A stretch of DNA of 64,000 bases from Camelus dromedarius. Lineage: Eukaryota. Positions within the stretch are counted from its first letter, which is position 1, and each line of letters begins with the position of its first letter. The notes beneath the pieces were generated by a model that was not told the DNA's origin, searched no databases, and saw nothing but the letters and a program-made list of their open reading frames with translations. Positions 13,491 to 25,664 of the stretch are shown piece after piece. The position numbers were made by a program, and so were the translations under genes. The stretch spans positions 4,094,001 to 4,158,000 of the forward strand of contig NC_087438.1 of assembly GCF_036321535.1 (NCBI RefSeq). Direction: 5' to 3'.

Positions 13491-13508
13491 AGAAGGAGGG
13501 AATGAGAA

Positions 13509-13632
13509 GAAGGAAGAAAGGATAAGAGGGAAGGAGAGAATGGGAAGAAGGAAGAAAGGATAGGAGGGAAGGAGAGAATGGGAAGGAGGAAGAAAGGATA
13601 GGAGGGAAGGAGAGAGGAGGAAGAGAGAGAGA
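13509..13632. repeat. purine-rich tandem repeat, about 38 bp unit x3
   Basis: GAAGGAAGAAAGGATA(A/G)GAGGGAAGGAGAGAATGGGAA repeated. Confidence 0.85.
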
Positions 13633-13860
13633 AGCTGATTCTCGTTTCCAGCCTGGAGCTACCTTAGGCAGCCCCAGAGATTAGCACTAACACTGGTTAT
13701 TTCTGTAACGTCAGAAAAAGATATTTTCTGCAGATAGCCAGGATAAAAAGAGACTTCAAATGGGTAGTCAGCTTTCAAAAGACTGGCAATTAGGGGAAAT
13801 GTTAGGAAATAATTTGGAGGGGCTTTCAATTTGCTGAGAGAGAGTCTAGCTAGAGCAGAT

Positions 13861-14060
13861 GGAGCTAAACGGCACAGGAGACGGGAACAGTCAGGGGACG
13901 TGCGCGCGGCAAGCGGCCTGAAAGCCCGTGACGGGCGTGCGTAAGTGGGCGCCCGTGAGAAACAAAGAGCCCTGGTGAAAAGGGTGAAAACAGTACCTGG
14001 CGCCACGCCTGTGAGAAGCCATCGCCCGGAGCTGGGACGGGGCTGCTTTGTTAAGCCGGG
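13861..14060. promoter_or_regulatory. CpG-rich micro-island (candidate promoter/regulatory element)
   Basis: About 19 CpG in 200 bp by manual count against a CpG-poor background; contains a GTAAGT donor-like site at 13941. Confidence 0.4.
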
Positions 14061-15117
14061 CAGCTGTAATTTCATTATTGTATAGCGCCCATCAGAGGGC
14101 TTCCAGGCAGAGGCAGGGGGCTAATTTGGGGGAGCAAGTGGGCTAGCATTCATTTCAGAACGTCTTCTCCCAGCAGCACAGGCTCCTTTGCAACGCACAG
14201 CCTTGTTCTAGCAGAACTGCTCTCCTAGATGAATTACCCACATTTGCACGTGTGCTTTCCGGCTCCGGGTGGGGAAATAGTTGCAAGTACCACCTGGTGA
14301 CCTGAAAGGCATGCACTTCTACCACAGCTTACAAATTTTATATTTTCTTTGCTTCCAAGTTTAATTAAAGCACTTTCTCCAGGGAAGTGGCCTCGATTTA
14401 CTGTAGTACATGCCTAAAACCCAGCGAGGGCATGACTGGTGTCAAAGCTCTGTCGAGGAAGGAAAGACGCTGCAAAGTAACTGGCAAGTTCTGCTGACAG
14501 ATCATCTTGCTCATGTCATGGGAGACTTTAAAAAATTATCTCCCCACATCTCCACAAGATTGCTGGCATTGTGGTATAATCGATCCTGTGCTACGTGCCG
14601 TCCAAAGAACTGGGGAGAAACGCACCCATCTGAAAATGACATTGAAGTCTAAAATACGCAGTTTTCCTTCAGTGAAACTAGAGCTGCTACCCTTTCAAGA
14701 TGCAGTCAGTTCTGCAGGCTGCAGACAGATGTCTTCACAGCAACGAGAACGTCCATATTTCCTAGCTTCGACCCCTCTCCCAAGGAGAGACGGAATCTCA
14801 GCTTCTGCTGAGCCGTGAGCCCTGGCAGTTGAGAAGGTGACTGGACGTGGGCACGCCCAGCCCCTGAGACTACGTTCACCCTACACCCCACACCAGGCAT
14901 TTGTGGAGGACCTGATGCTCAGCGCGCTGCACAGGCATTCCAACCAGCTGGCGGTGGAAGGGACTTGGTTTTTGTGTGTTTCTTTTAAAGAAATCAGAAA
15001 GTCAGAGGACTTTCAGGACAGACCTTGAACCACCTGGACTCTGAGAGCTCCATGTTGGGCAGGAGCCTTGTGATCTGATTAAAAAACAACTTTATTATAT
15101 TGTATTTTTTTTTTCAG

Positions 15118-15152
15118 GCACATCCAAGATCACGGCTTATTTATTGCTTCAG
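15118..15152 (+). other. candidate 35-nt internal exon (unknown transcript)
   Basis: Acceptor TTTTTTTTTTCAG|G and donor CAG|GTAAAA. Confidence 0.3.
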
Positions 15153-18100
15153 GTAAAAAGAGAGTATACATATTAGGCAATCTCTTAAAATTCAACTCTA
15201 GAGTTCTACACCATCTAGTAGGTTTGCACTGAATGTTAATCAAACAGAATGTAAACCTCACAGAAAGCCCAGGACCCAGCAGCTCAGTCTCCCCTCCTCA
15301 CTTTGCCAGTGGCAGCATCCCCCATCTCAGACGCTCTCGGCTGACCTGCTCTGTGGCCTGCATCCCCACACTTCTGCACATCAGGGCTCCCCGCCCTCCG
15401 TGGGTCTCCTGGCTTCTTCCTCGTTCTCCTGGGTAAACCTAGGCAGTCTGAGCTTGCTCTAGCTAAGTCCCAGGTAAGACATAATCCTCAAAACACTTAG
15501 AAGTTCTGCATCACATTTAACAAAACAAAGTAAGCAAATAAAAATAAATATACCAAAACAACCAGAATACTTGCCCTCGTAACCTTTTAGTGGGTGAGGG
15601 GATCTGCTTTCACAGATCTGATGGGACCCTATAGACCAAAGTCAGATGGGACCCTTTCTTTACTTTCTTTACTACTGCAAGATCTTTCTGTTAGAATCAC
15701 ATAACGTTAAAAAAAAATCATTATTTTAATGTATTATGTTATTTCATTTATAATCATTTATATTAATGGCATTTTAATATGTTGCGTTATTTTTAGCTCT
15801 AGATCTCATTTATTGAGAAATTATGAAATATCTCTCTCCTTGTGCAAAGTCCTTCATACATTCCACTCTTCTCCCCTTGTTTTCTCTCCACCTGGGCAAT
15901 CCTTGCACACACCGCACACCCTTCCCTGGTCCCATGAACCTGTGCTCTCAATAAATGAGCCAGCTGAGACTGGCTGCTTACACTGAGCCTCTCCAGGACA
16001 GTGGGCGTGACTTTGAAGAGAACTATGGCCACGACAGCACCACGGCAGAGCAACGGACTCAGCACAAGACTTAGTGGAGAGGAGAAAGCCAACTCAGACA
16101 AACCCAGGAGTTAACAGAGGGAAGCTCAACGCAAACCTTCTGCCAAGAAAGGACGATTGTTTGGAGGGCAGAGGGGGCACTGGAAAGGCCACGGGGAATC
16201 CATCCAGAAAAGGTGTCCCAAGCTGAGAATCCCAGGGGCTGAGACCTTCATGGGGTTGGGGGGGCTACCATTCACCACCTCCAAAGTGAGACGCAGGTGG
16301 GCCAGCACAGCACGAACGGTCTGGACGAGCTCACGGCTCCACCAGGACAGTCACGGCGGGGAGGGCAGCTGGAAGAGTCCTGCAGAGCGTGCTCGGGCCA
16401 GGGCTGCCCCGGGAGTAATTTCTCATAATCCATCACATCAGGAGAACCAGCAGCTTCGTCTCTGAAATCCTTAGAAGCAATGGCTGTGCAGAAAGAGCCC
16501 TCATGCATGTCTCCCAGGTCAGACTCAGCATTTTTAAATACCAAATGCCTTTTAGTTCATGATTTTTTTGAACTACATTACAAAAGGGTTACAGTGAGTA
16601 AGTTTTAAGTCACAAGGATGACTCCTGAATATACAGGAGAATTCCAAAAGTAGCCCATTTCCACATGGAATCAGCTATTCTCTGAGTCCACCTGTGACCT
16701 CATAGCATAATAATTAAAACCTTCTATAACACCGTTTGCCTTGATCCTGTTCCCCGATGCCAGCTTTATGAAGTGTTTGATGCTAAAAGGCATTTAACTT
16801 GAAAAAAAAAAGAGCTGGTGTCTATGGAAATATCCTATTGCGACTAAGACAGAGCAGGCACTTCCCGGGTACGGGCTGCACAATCTGCAAGAAAGTAAAA
16901 GACGAAGAGAATACTTGGGAGCCATTTCTGCAGCCCAGCTCGGAGTTCAGAAATCACAAGTAGGAGCTTAAATTTGGAACCCCCCCCCCACCAACCCTTC
17001 TGCCTCCTCCGTGCCTGGAACCCTGAGCATCTCCTGCCGTGACTGCAGCTGTCCGATCACAGAAAGTGACGTCTCAGAGACGGGGCCCTTGCTCAGGCAC
17101 TGGGCTTTATTCCACCTGCTGTTACAGTTGACTGCGCTCTGCTCTCACCTCCCCGACTGGGTGTGGAGTGAAGCAAGGAGAGGTCTCTCCCAAGAAGCTA
17201 GGCTCTGGTGGGAACCGTCAACGATGGAGAACCACTAACAAAATGCTGGTCGCCCCCCTGCCTTCCAGGTACGGATGGAGAGAACTTAGTCTTCTTTCTC
17301 ACTCTCCATTCCCTCCTCACTTGTCCCCAGAAAGCAAGTGGCTAGTTGGGAGTAGCCCCTGCAATGCCTGGCCCGTCACATCAGCACAGGCCCTTTTCGA
17401 GCTGCCTGCCCAGGAGAGGCTGGCATTGTCCTCTGTTCTTCAGCGACCGCGAGGCCTGCCATGCCCGGTGCGGGAGCCCTGCCTCCTCCCGCTGCTCTGC
17501 TCCAAGCTGCCTGGGCCAGAGGAATGGGTGCGAAGGGGAAGGGAGCAGACTCTGAGGCCCAGCGTCGCCCTGCCCTGCAGCTTGCCCAGCTCTACCTGTG
17601 TGGCCTTGCATGAGCCACTCACCTGTCCATACCTGGGTATCCATTCCTGGCAAAGCGGGTTGCCTAGCGGTATCTCTTCCAGAGAGTCAGTGACTTCCCC
17701 GTGACTTGTGGTCCCAGGGTGACCGGGGACAGTGACCACATCTAATTCCTGAAATTGCTGGGATGTGACATGAGTCTGTAAGAACGCTTGGCCTTCACAA
17801 ACATTGCATAGGGGTTTGCAATTACTAGTATCTTAATAATAGCATGTTGGATTCCTGTCTGGCTCATATGACTATTTCTTAATAAGTTCAGACCCCAGAG
17901 GGGAAGGGACATTGTTCAACCCACTCACACATAACTGGCAGGCTATGCCACCAGTCAGAGGTCATTTCAGCCATGCTGGATAAGAAAGCCAGCGAGGAAA
18001 GGCTGTAGTGTGCAGAGAGAGAGGAAGGGACCAGGGCACCAGAAGCCAGAACGTGCAATAACTCTGCAACGCCTGTGGGCCCCAGGCCTCCCCGGACACT

Positions 18101-19021
18101 CCGCTCCCTGTCTGCCTGCCCAGCGGTGTGGGCCCTTCAGGGCACAGGCAACAGCCCCCTGCTCCCTGGAACCTGCCCTGCTCCGCTCCCCTTCGTACCC
18201 AGCACAGGGACTGCCTGACCTCTGCCAGGTTGCAGTAAGAATCGTAAATGAATGTAACACCTTGGGGTGATTAGTTTAGATCTTCATTCAGGTGGGACTT
18301 TCTGAAAGGTAACAGCACTGTTATTGGTGATCCAGTTCCACTCAGCGTCTCACCAGCAATTTAAAAGAACTGCAGTATGCCTACTCTTCCTTAAACAGGA
18401 AGGCTGGTCACTCAGTGCATGACTGCCAGCATTGTATACGTGGACGACGCTGACGCACGTGTGCATGAATGGCGTGCCCCTCAGCTAGACAGGAGGAGGG
18501 CACAGCTGGGGCTTCTAGGACGTTCCTCAGGACGCACACACTCAGCCTCTGTCTCAGCAGATCTGGCCCTGAGAAGAATGCTGCGTAGAGTCCTGTATCT
18601 GCCCAAAGAGGACTGCCACCCACACAAATAAAGCTGAATTTGATGCTTATCCACCCCAACCTTATCTACAACCTGCAAGTGAACTACAAGCTAGCAATCA
18701 GAACAAGCCCAAAATGGGAGCAAAATAACAACAAACCGCTTTGACCGGCACCTTTCAAAGCCTTCACAAACCAGTGGGAGGAAAGGATTAACCCAGCCAC
18801 AGATGATGCTAACAAGAATTATCCGTTTCCTACCATTTGTGACCTAAACACTAAAAGCTTCTGCAAGTGACAGCAGATACTCCAAGACACACTTGGGTCT
18901 CCTGAAGTCATTTTCTGTTTTAATCACAGGAACATGGTGTTTAGTTACAAATTATTGTGCCTCGTCTCAGAAGTCACACATGAAGTGACTGTGTAGACAG
19001 AAAACCTGCCCGTCATTTTAC

Positions 19022-19120
19022 CTCCAATTGTAGCACATGTGCTGCAGAGCGAGCACATGGCATTCTACCTCCCGTGAAACACCCGCGTCTGTCCCAGAGG
19101 CTGGATCCATCACTGTTTTC
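19022..19120 (-). other. candidate 99-nt internal exon (unknown transcript)
   Basis: Minus strand acceptor CACTTGGATTTAG|G and donor GAG|GTAAAA. Confidence 0.25.
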
Positions 19121-19143
19121 CTAAATCCAAGTGATAACAAGTC

Positions 19144-19694
19144 GTGATAGCTAATCTCCAAAGCTGGCCCCACATAAGCTGCTTTCCTGATATTTACACC
19201 CCTATGTAGTCCCACCATGAATCAGAGCTCGTCTATCATTCATTTTATCCAAAATAATTTTTTGGAAGTTACACTGTACCAATTCCATGTCAAAACCTCA
19301 GGGGGGCCTGACAGCTTCTGCTTTTGTGCTCTTGGAAGCCTTGAGAAGCCATATGGCAAGTTCAGCTACGTGGCTGGAGAGACCCAGGAGCTACTAGGAG
19401 ACACCCTGGGGCTGCAAGGCGGGACCTGGGGGCTGCACGGAGATACTTAGGGGCTGCATGGAAGGATCCTGGGGCTGCATGGAGAGGTAAAGAGGCCCAT
19501 CAGCCCCAGCATCTGAGGTCAGCCTCCCTCTAACTCCAGCCCCAGCCACTATCAAACTGCAACTACTTGAAAGTAAGACCAGCAGACCCACTCACTAGTC
19601 TAGCCAACATGTAGAACCACAAGAGATAATAAAATAGCTGTAGTTTTAGTGTTTTGCACTACAAGTTTGTTACCCAGCAATGCATGGCCAAAAC
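19144..19694 (+). mobile_element. MaLR LTR (MLT1-type)
   Basis: TGATAGCTAATCTCCAAAGCTGGCCCC... start, ...AGAACCACAAGAGATAATAAAATAGCTGTAGTTTT...TTTGTTACCCAGCAATG...AACA end. Confidence 0.7.
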
Positions 19695-19734
19695 AGCAAC
19701 AGCTGACCACAGCGGTGCAACCATGGGCTTGCAC

Positions 19735-19828
19735 CTGATGGAATATTTTATTTTGGATTCTCTAGAAAGGAATGCCTTTGAAATGCTCCAGGATAGCATA
19801 GGATTGCTAATTGCAGACTGTCTTCTGC
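19735..19828 (-). other. candidate 94-nt internal exon (unknown transcript)
   Basis: Minus strand acceptor CTCTTCTTAACTTACTCCTTCCAG|G and donor CAG|GTGCAA. Confidence 0.25.
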
Positions 19829-21009
19829 CTGGAAGGAGTAAGTTAAGAAGAGTATTTAATGAACAATGACTAAAGGTGAGATAAAGTGTCTCCATAAACA
19901 GGTGCTGTGGAGGTGAGAGGTTCTCTCAAGCACATCCCTCTCAGGGCAGGTCCCTCAGCAGGACCACTAAAGCCCAAAGTGTGGTCCTCAGCTTTCAATG
20001 GGCTTTCTTCCTGACACTGACCTACGTAAAAATCCCAAATGTACTGGCGAAAACAGGATCAGAAAGCAGATTGAATGACACAATTGAAAGTTTTCCCAAG
20101 ACGGTCCACCTGCAGCTTTTTGGTCACATTCCATGTTGCCGTGACATCTTTGACTGTGTATCATTCACGTGTACGTGTGCGTTGCACTTGCGTCTACTCT
20201 GTTGTATTCATGTGCTGCATACACAGCAAGACAAATACTAAAATAAAATCTACCAAGAGGAATGTCCACAGAAGTTCCTGTGCTTTCTCCCCACACCTGC
20301 GGTATTGTTGAGCGTCCCCCCTTTGGAGACCTGCCCCTGACGGAGGATTATGCCTGCTCCACAGGCAGGCACTGTTCACATTTCAAGTGGCTAAGACACT
20401 CGTTAATGCCGCAAGTACTCTCTCTTTCTTTAGCTTCATAAAAACTGACAGAGTTTGACATTTTTATTCCTTTTTTCTAAATCCCTTCTCTGTTGACATC
20501 ATAATGTTCAGCCTGTTGTGTAGGCTTTGTTCCAGGTAAGCTGATCGCATTCCCTCCCTGCACCTGTCTGGCTCCAGGCACTGGGACTGAGATGGGAAAG
20601 GTGGGCAGGGTGTGCGCCTCACACGTTGCCTCAGAAGGTGTCTTGGGAAACACCTGAAGCTTCCTGGCTTTGAGAATCAGGATGAATGCAGAATCCGAGT
20701 TGGATTACTTTCTGTGGACTATCACTGTTCTTCTCCCATCTCCCTGTTCACTCCACTCATGACAACTGGGTATAAAACAAATGAACAAAGGAGAGACTTC
20801 TCTTTCAAGAAACTTTGCTCTAATCTGAACAAGCAATCACTGAAACTTGTTAGCAGAATGCTATTTAAGTCCGTTCCTTCTACGTCCAGAGAAGGAACAG
20901 AGCTCACTTCCGCCTTCTCAAGAACGCTAAGGTTGGGCATCCTAAAGCAAAGATTTTTATTAAAGGAAAAGACAAAAAACTAACAAACTGGCAAAAAATT
21001 CATCACCCA

Positions 21010-22795
21010 ACAACATAAAATAATCTTGTATTCAAAAAATCTTAATAAGTCTGCATACTAAGGCTGCAGGATATAATAATAATGTTTAAAAAATCAATTG
21101 AATTGTGTAAAACTTCGATATAGAACTTAATACAATAATACAATTTACAAGGTCATAAAATGTGAAATCACTAAGATAAATTTAATGAAACATATACAAG
21201 ATCTGTGCACTGAAAAGAACAAAATATCACTGAGGTAAATAACTCTAGAAGTGAAGATATATATACCATGTTCATAGATCAGAAGACTCAAAATGTTAAG
21301 AAGTCAATTTTCCAGAAATTGATGTATACGTTCAGTGTTACTCCAATCAAAATACAATAAGATATTTTGTAAAGTTGACAAGCTGATTCTAAAATTTATA
21401 TGAAAATGCAAATAATCTAGAAGAGCTGAAGCAATTTTGAAAAAGAAGAAATTGAATTCCCCACTTGATTTAAAGACTTACTATGAATTTACAGTGGTCA
21501 AGAGCATATTAGCATAAATCTAGACATATATGACAATGAGCAGAGGATACAGTCAAGAAATAGATTACACATATATGGTCAATCAATTTTCAAAAAGATA
21601 CTAGGGTTATTCAGCGGAGGAGAAGAAAAACTTTTCAATGAATAGTGCTAGAACACTTGGACATCCATGCGGATGCACAGTAAGTAAACCTGGCCCTTGA
21701 TTATAACAGCTGTAAGTGTAAAACCTGTGGAAGAAACTAGGGGAAAAACTCTTTGTAACTTTGGGTGAGGCAAGGATTTTAAATAGGGCACAGAGAGCAC
21801 AACCTGTAGAAGAAAAATAATGACACATCATAGACTTTATCAAAATTAAAAACTTCTGCACTTCAAAATACACCAGTAAGAAAACGACAAGGTAAGCTAG
21901 ACAGAGAGAAAATGTTTGTAACACATATATTCAGTAAATTATTTTCATTCCAATATCACACATACACAATTCAATAATTAGGAAAAAAACATAATCTTTA
22001 AAAATGGCAAACTTTTTTCCCAAAGAATATAAACAAATAGCAAAAATATACGTGAAAAGATGCTTATCATTTTGAGTCATTAGAAAGATGTAAATTAAAC
22101 CAAAGAATGGTTAATTTTTAAAACAGTGACAATGCCAAGTGGTTTCAAGGATTTGGAGCAATTGGAACTCTCCTACAATGCTGGTGGGATGGAAAATGGC
22201 ACAGCCATTTTGGTAGACAGTGGGGCAGCATACCTTGCCAAGTTAAATATGCACTTATCATAAGAAAGAAATTCCACTCCTACATAGTTCCCCGAAAGAA
22301 ATAAACGCATATGTCCACTTAAAACTTTGTTTTTGTGTGTTTTCCTAGTATCTTTATTCACAGTGAAAATCTGGAAAGACTCCAAATGTCCATTAGCCAG
22401 TGAATGGATAAACATACTGTGGACCACCCATACAAGGAGGTACTACTCACTAACAGAAATGAATAAATTGTTGATACGTGCTCCAACATGATTGAATCTC
22501 CCAAGTCTAATGCTAAGTGAAAAACGACAGATACAGGTACTGAAGACCACATGTGATTCCATTCACATAACAATCTAGAAAAGGCAAAACTAGAGAGATA
22601 AAAAACATACCAGTGTTTGCTAGGTGTTGAGGTTGAGGAGGGAGATTGATCACTAGGGAGAACAGAGAAACATTTGGGGGTGAAAAAATATTCTGTACCA
22701 TGATTATGGCCAAATGCTACGTACTTTCATCAAAACTCACCAATTTGTACACTCAGCTCTGGTGATGTCAATATATACACCTCCACGAAGCTAAA
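21010..22795 (+). mobile_element. old LINE-1 (L1M-type) ORF2 3' half + 3'UTR, degenerate
   Basis: A-rich; motifs GTTGACAAGCTGATTCTAAAATTTATATGAAAATGC, CAAAATTAAAAACTTCTGC, ATGCTGGTGGGATGG...GGCACAGCCATTTTGG, AATTCCACTCCTA. Confidence 0.85.
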
Positions 22796-23250
22796 CTACA
22801 GGTGGAATTTGATCTTTTTTTTATTACATTTAAAAGAGTCTAGAGTATAAACTTCAGACTGCCAGCAGTGGTTTTCGTTGGTTTGTTCTTGGGTTCTGTC
22901 TTGCAGGGGTTTTTGGATAGACATGTGGTTTTCTTTTTAGATTTCCAGAATGATTCTATACTATATGAATAATCAAAATTTAACCTTAAGGATTGTTATG
23001 ATTTTCAATTTATCATAAATTCTAATAAACTATATTTGGATAGAGCGTGAATAAGAAAGCTCTTATTTTCCCCAACCATCTTTCTTTGCCAACAACTATG
23101 TCCCATAGTGACCAGCCTAATGGCAACAGAGCTCTCCCTCCTTCTATACACCAGCCAGCACCTGCCAGAACACCCTTCATTCCTCCAAGGCTCCTTCCCT
23201 GGAGCTTTAGGGAACACCAGGAATCAGAGAGTGTCAGCAAAGGATCACCC

Positions 23251-23382
23251 CATCCCATGGGCCCCCCACCACATGGACCACCCATCCATGGACCTCTCCA
23301 CACATGGACCTCCCTACAACATGGACCTCCCCACCACATGGACCACCCCCCCGTATGTATCTTCCCACCACATGGACCACCC
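23251..23382. repeat. minisatellite, about 16-21 bp unit with CATGGACC core, about 7 copies
   Basis: CCACATGGACCACCC / CACATGGACCTCCC repeated. Confidence 0.8.
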
Positions 23383-24299
23383 TGCTGCAGTGGTCTTTGT
23401 TAAAATTTCAGTCCACATAGGAACCATGCTTTCTGGACTCTTCACAAGTTTTGCCTCTCCCTTAAGGTTACAAATGCCAATACTTAAAGACTAATCTTTC
23501 GGACAAAAGCCGTAGTCCGATTCTGATTTATTGCTTTCTATGTTGTGAACATATCACATAGAAAGTTCTTTGACAGAAATGCACTTAGGGAAAGAGGGTG
23601 GGGGTGTAAGTGTAGAGAGAGAGAGGCAGCAGTCAGACACTCGCTAAAAGGGATCTGGGGGCAGGGTTTGCAGTGGAACTGGTGACCCCACTGATGAGCT
23701 CCATTCATGCTCTAGAGCTGACATCTTCATGATCTGGGACCACGTTACCCTGGAGCTGATGCTGCAGTGAGAAGTGAGGAGGTAACCCAGATATGAAGGC
23801 TCAAAATTATCCTCTTTCTGGACTTCTAGCCAGACCCCCAAATAGAACTGTGTTTATCCCTGGAATTCAGCTGAATTTTCCCGATGACAGAGTTACAAAT
23901 GGCAGTTTCATCTTCTCCCACCTGGGTTCTTCATCAAGTGCAGTTCACTTGAGCTGGGATTTACATTTCTTGTGTCATATTTAAGGCTACAAGGCAGCAA
24001 GTATTATAATCTTCATTTGAAATATAGAAACTCTATGGCTGTGATAAATTATAGAATTAGCCTCTTTTACACTGCAATGAGTTAATTTTGATTCAGCATT
24101 CACTGTGTACTTTCATGGGAAATGCAGTCTGCTAGTAAAGAAGGCACAGAGAATTCAGAAGGAATGGAGAGGCTCTCGGAACAGGCACTCACTCACTCAC
24201 AGATGATCTCAAACTCACAAGGGAGAACTGAAGGCCCTGCGGTGAGTTCGCACACAGACTTGTTGGGAGCACGTGGCCCTGAGGCTGCGTGTAGAGGGC

Positions 24300-24430
24300 A
24301 GAAGTGTGAACTTCAGGGGTGATCATCTGGGGTTGCATCCTGGCTCTTCAACTTACTACCTCAGCATTTGGGAGCAAGCTTCTTGTGCCCTCTGGGCCTC
24401 AGTTTTTTTACCCATCAAATGGGGCAATGG
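24300..24430 (+). mobile_element. MIR SINE relic
   Basis: CTGGGGTTGCATCCTGGCTCTTCAACTTACT...CTCTGGGCCTCAGTTTTTTTACCCATCAAATGGGG. Confidence 0.6.
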
Positions 24431-25222
24431 AAGTAAGAAGACAGTTGTGAGTGGAGCCCATGCTGCAGAGGTCAAGATGCAACATTGACCCACGGGCTTC
24501 GCAAATTCCCCAGCAAGTAACACAGACTCGGTAATCACCATAGAAAGTCAACCTCAAGACCAGGAGGAAAGTGTGGGCCCCTAGAGGGACTGAGCAGGAG
24601 GACCTGGACCTGGGACTGCCAGGCTATCCCATTACTGAGGCTCTGCTCTGTTCTGAGCCATCCCCCATGAATCAAGAAAGCCCACAGACAGACAGAGTGG
24701 ACAGGCCCACGTGGGGACAGTTTCATACCTTCTGCATCCCTCTTCCCCACCTCCAGGCCTCAGCAGAACTGGGCTGGAGGAACCAGGGGGTTGGACTGTG
24801 TGGGTGGCAACCTCATTCTGCATCTGCAGGGCCTGTCTTCTCTGACGACCACACTGCCACCTCCTTCATCAGCAGGTGGCATGAACGTTTGTTCACCTTC
24901 CTGAGCCGAGGCCACAGCTCCTGATACACAGCCCCACCTGCAGGAAGTCCTAGATGTGGGTGAGGCCAGCTGCCCACAGTCAGTTCACACCCCACTTTCC
25001 CTCTGCTCTCCTTCCCACTTGTCCAGACAGCAGCTCTGGCTCAGCCCCTCCAGACACAAGTTTCCTCAGAGACACGGAGGCCTTTCCACTAAGACAGGAA
25101 GTCAGAGGAGGCCATCAGGTCCTCCTGGGAGTAAAGACTGTCTGGGCTGAGAGCACAGTGTGCAGTGAAACTCTGCAGACACCCTGCCATCCTTGCTGAA
25201 GCCCTTTCGGTGCATCGCTGCA

Positions 25223-25664
25223 GGTTGTGGGCTGACTGGTGGCCCCCAAAGATATGTCCACATCTTAACCCTGGGAACATGTGACTGTGACCTTATTTGA
25301 GGAAAGGGCATTGATACACTCCAGTTATGGATCTCAAGATTGGAACCTCATCCCAGATTATCCTGGTGGCCCTAAATCCAAGGACAAGTGTCCTAAGAGA
25401 GACACACAGAGGAGACACAGAGAAGAGGAGAATCCGTGTGCAGACAGAGACAGAGGTTGGAGGGTCTTGGCCACAAGGTACACAAGGGCCACCAGGAGCT
25501 TGAAGAGGCCAAGAAGGATCCTCCCCTGGAGGCTCTGGAGGGAGTGCAGCCCTGCTGACATCTTAGCTGTGGGCTTGTGGCCTCCAGACCTGGGAGAGAA
25601 TTTTTGTTAGTTGAAACTACAAGTTTATGGTAATTTGTTAAGGCAGCATCCAGAGACCAATACA
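25223..25664 (+). mobile_element. MaLR LTR (MLT1B/C-like)
   Basis: GGCCCCCAAAGATATGTCCACATCTTAACCC...GGAGTGCAGCCCTGCTGACATCTT...GGTAATTTGTTAAGGCAGC...AATACA. Confidence 0.85.

Noticed and set aside
23251..23382. CRISPR-like repeat/spacer appearance
   Set aside because: Core only about 8 bp, spacers short and mutually similar, eukaryotic context, no cas genes
23650..23765. Additional minus-strand exon candidate
   Set aside because: Acceptor is plausible but the donor would be a weak non-canonical GC (TTA|GCGAGT)
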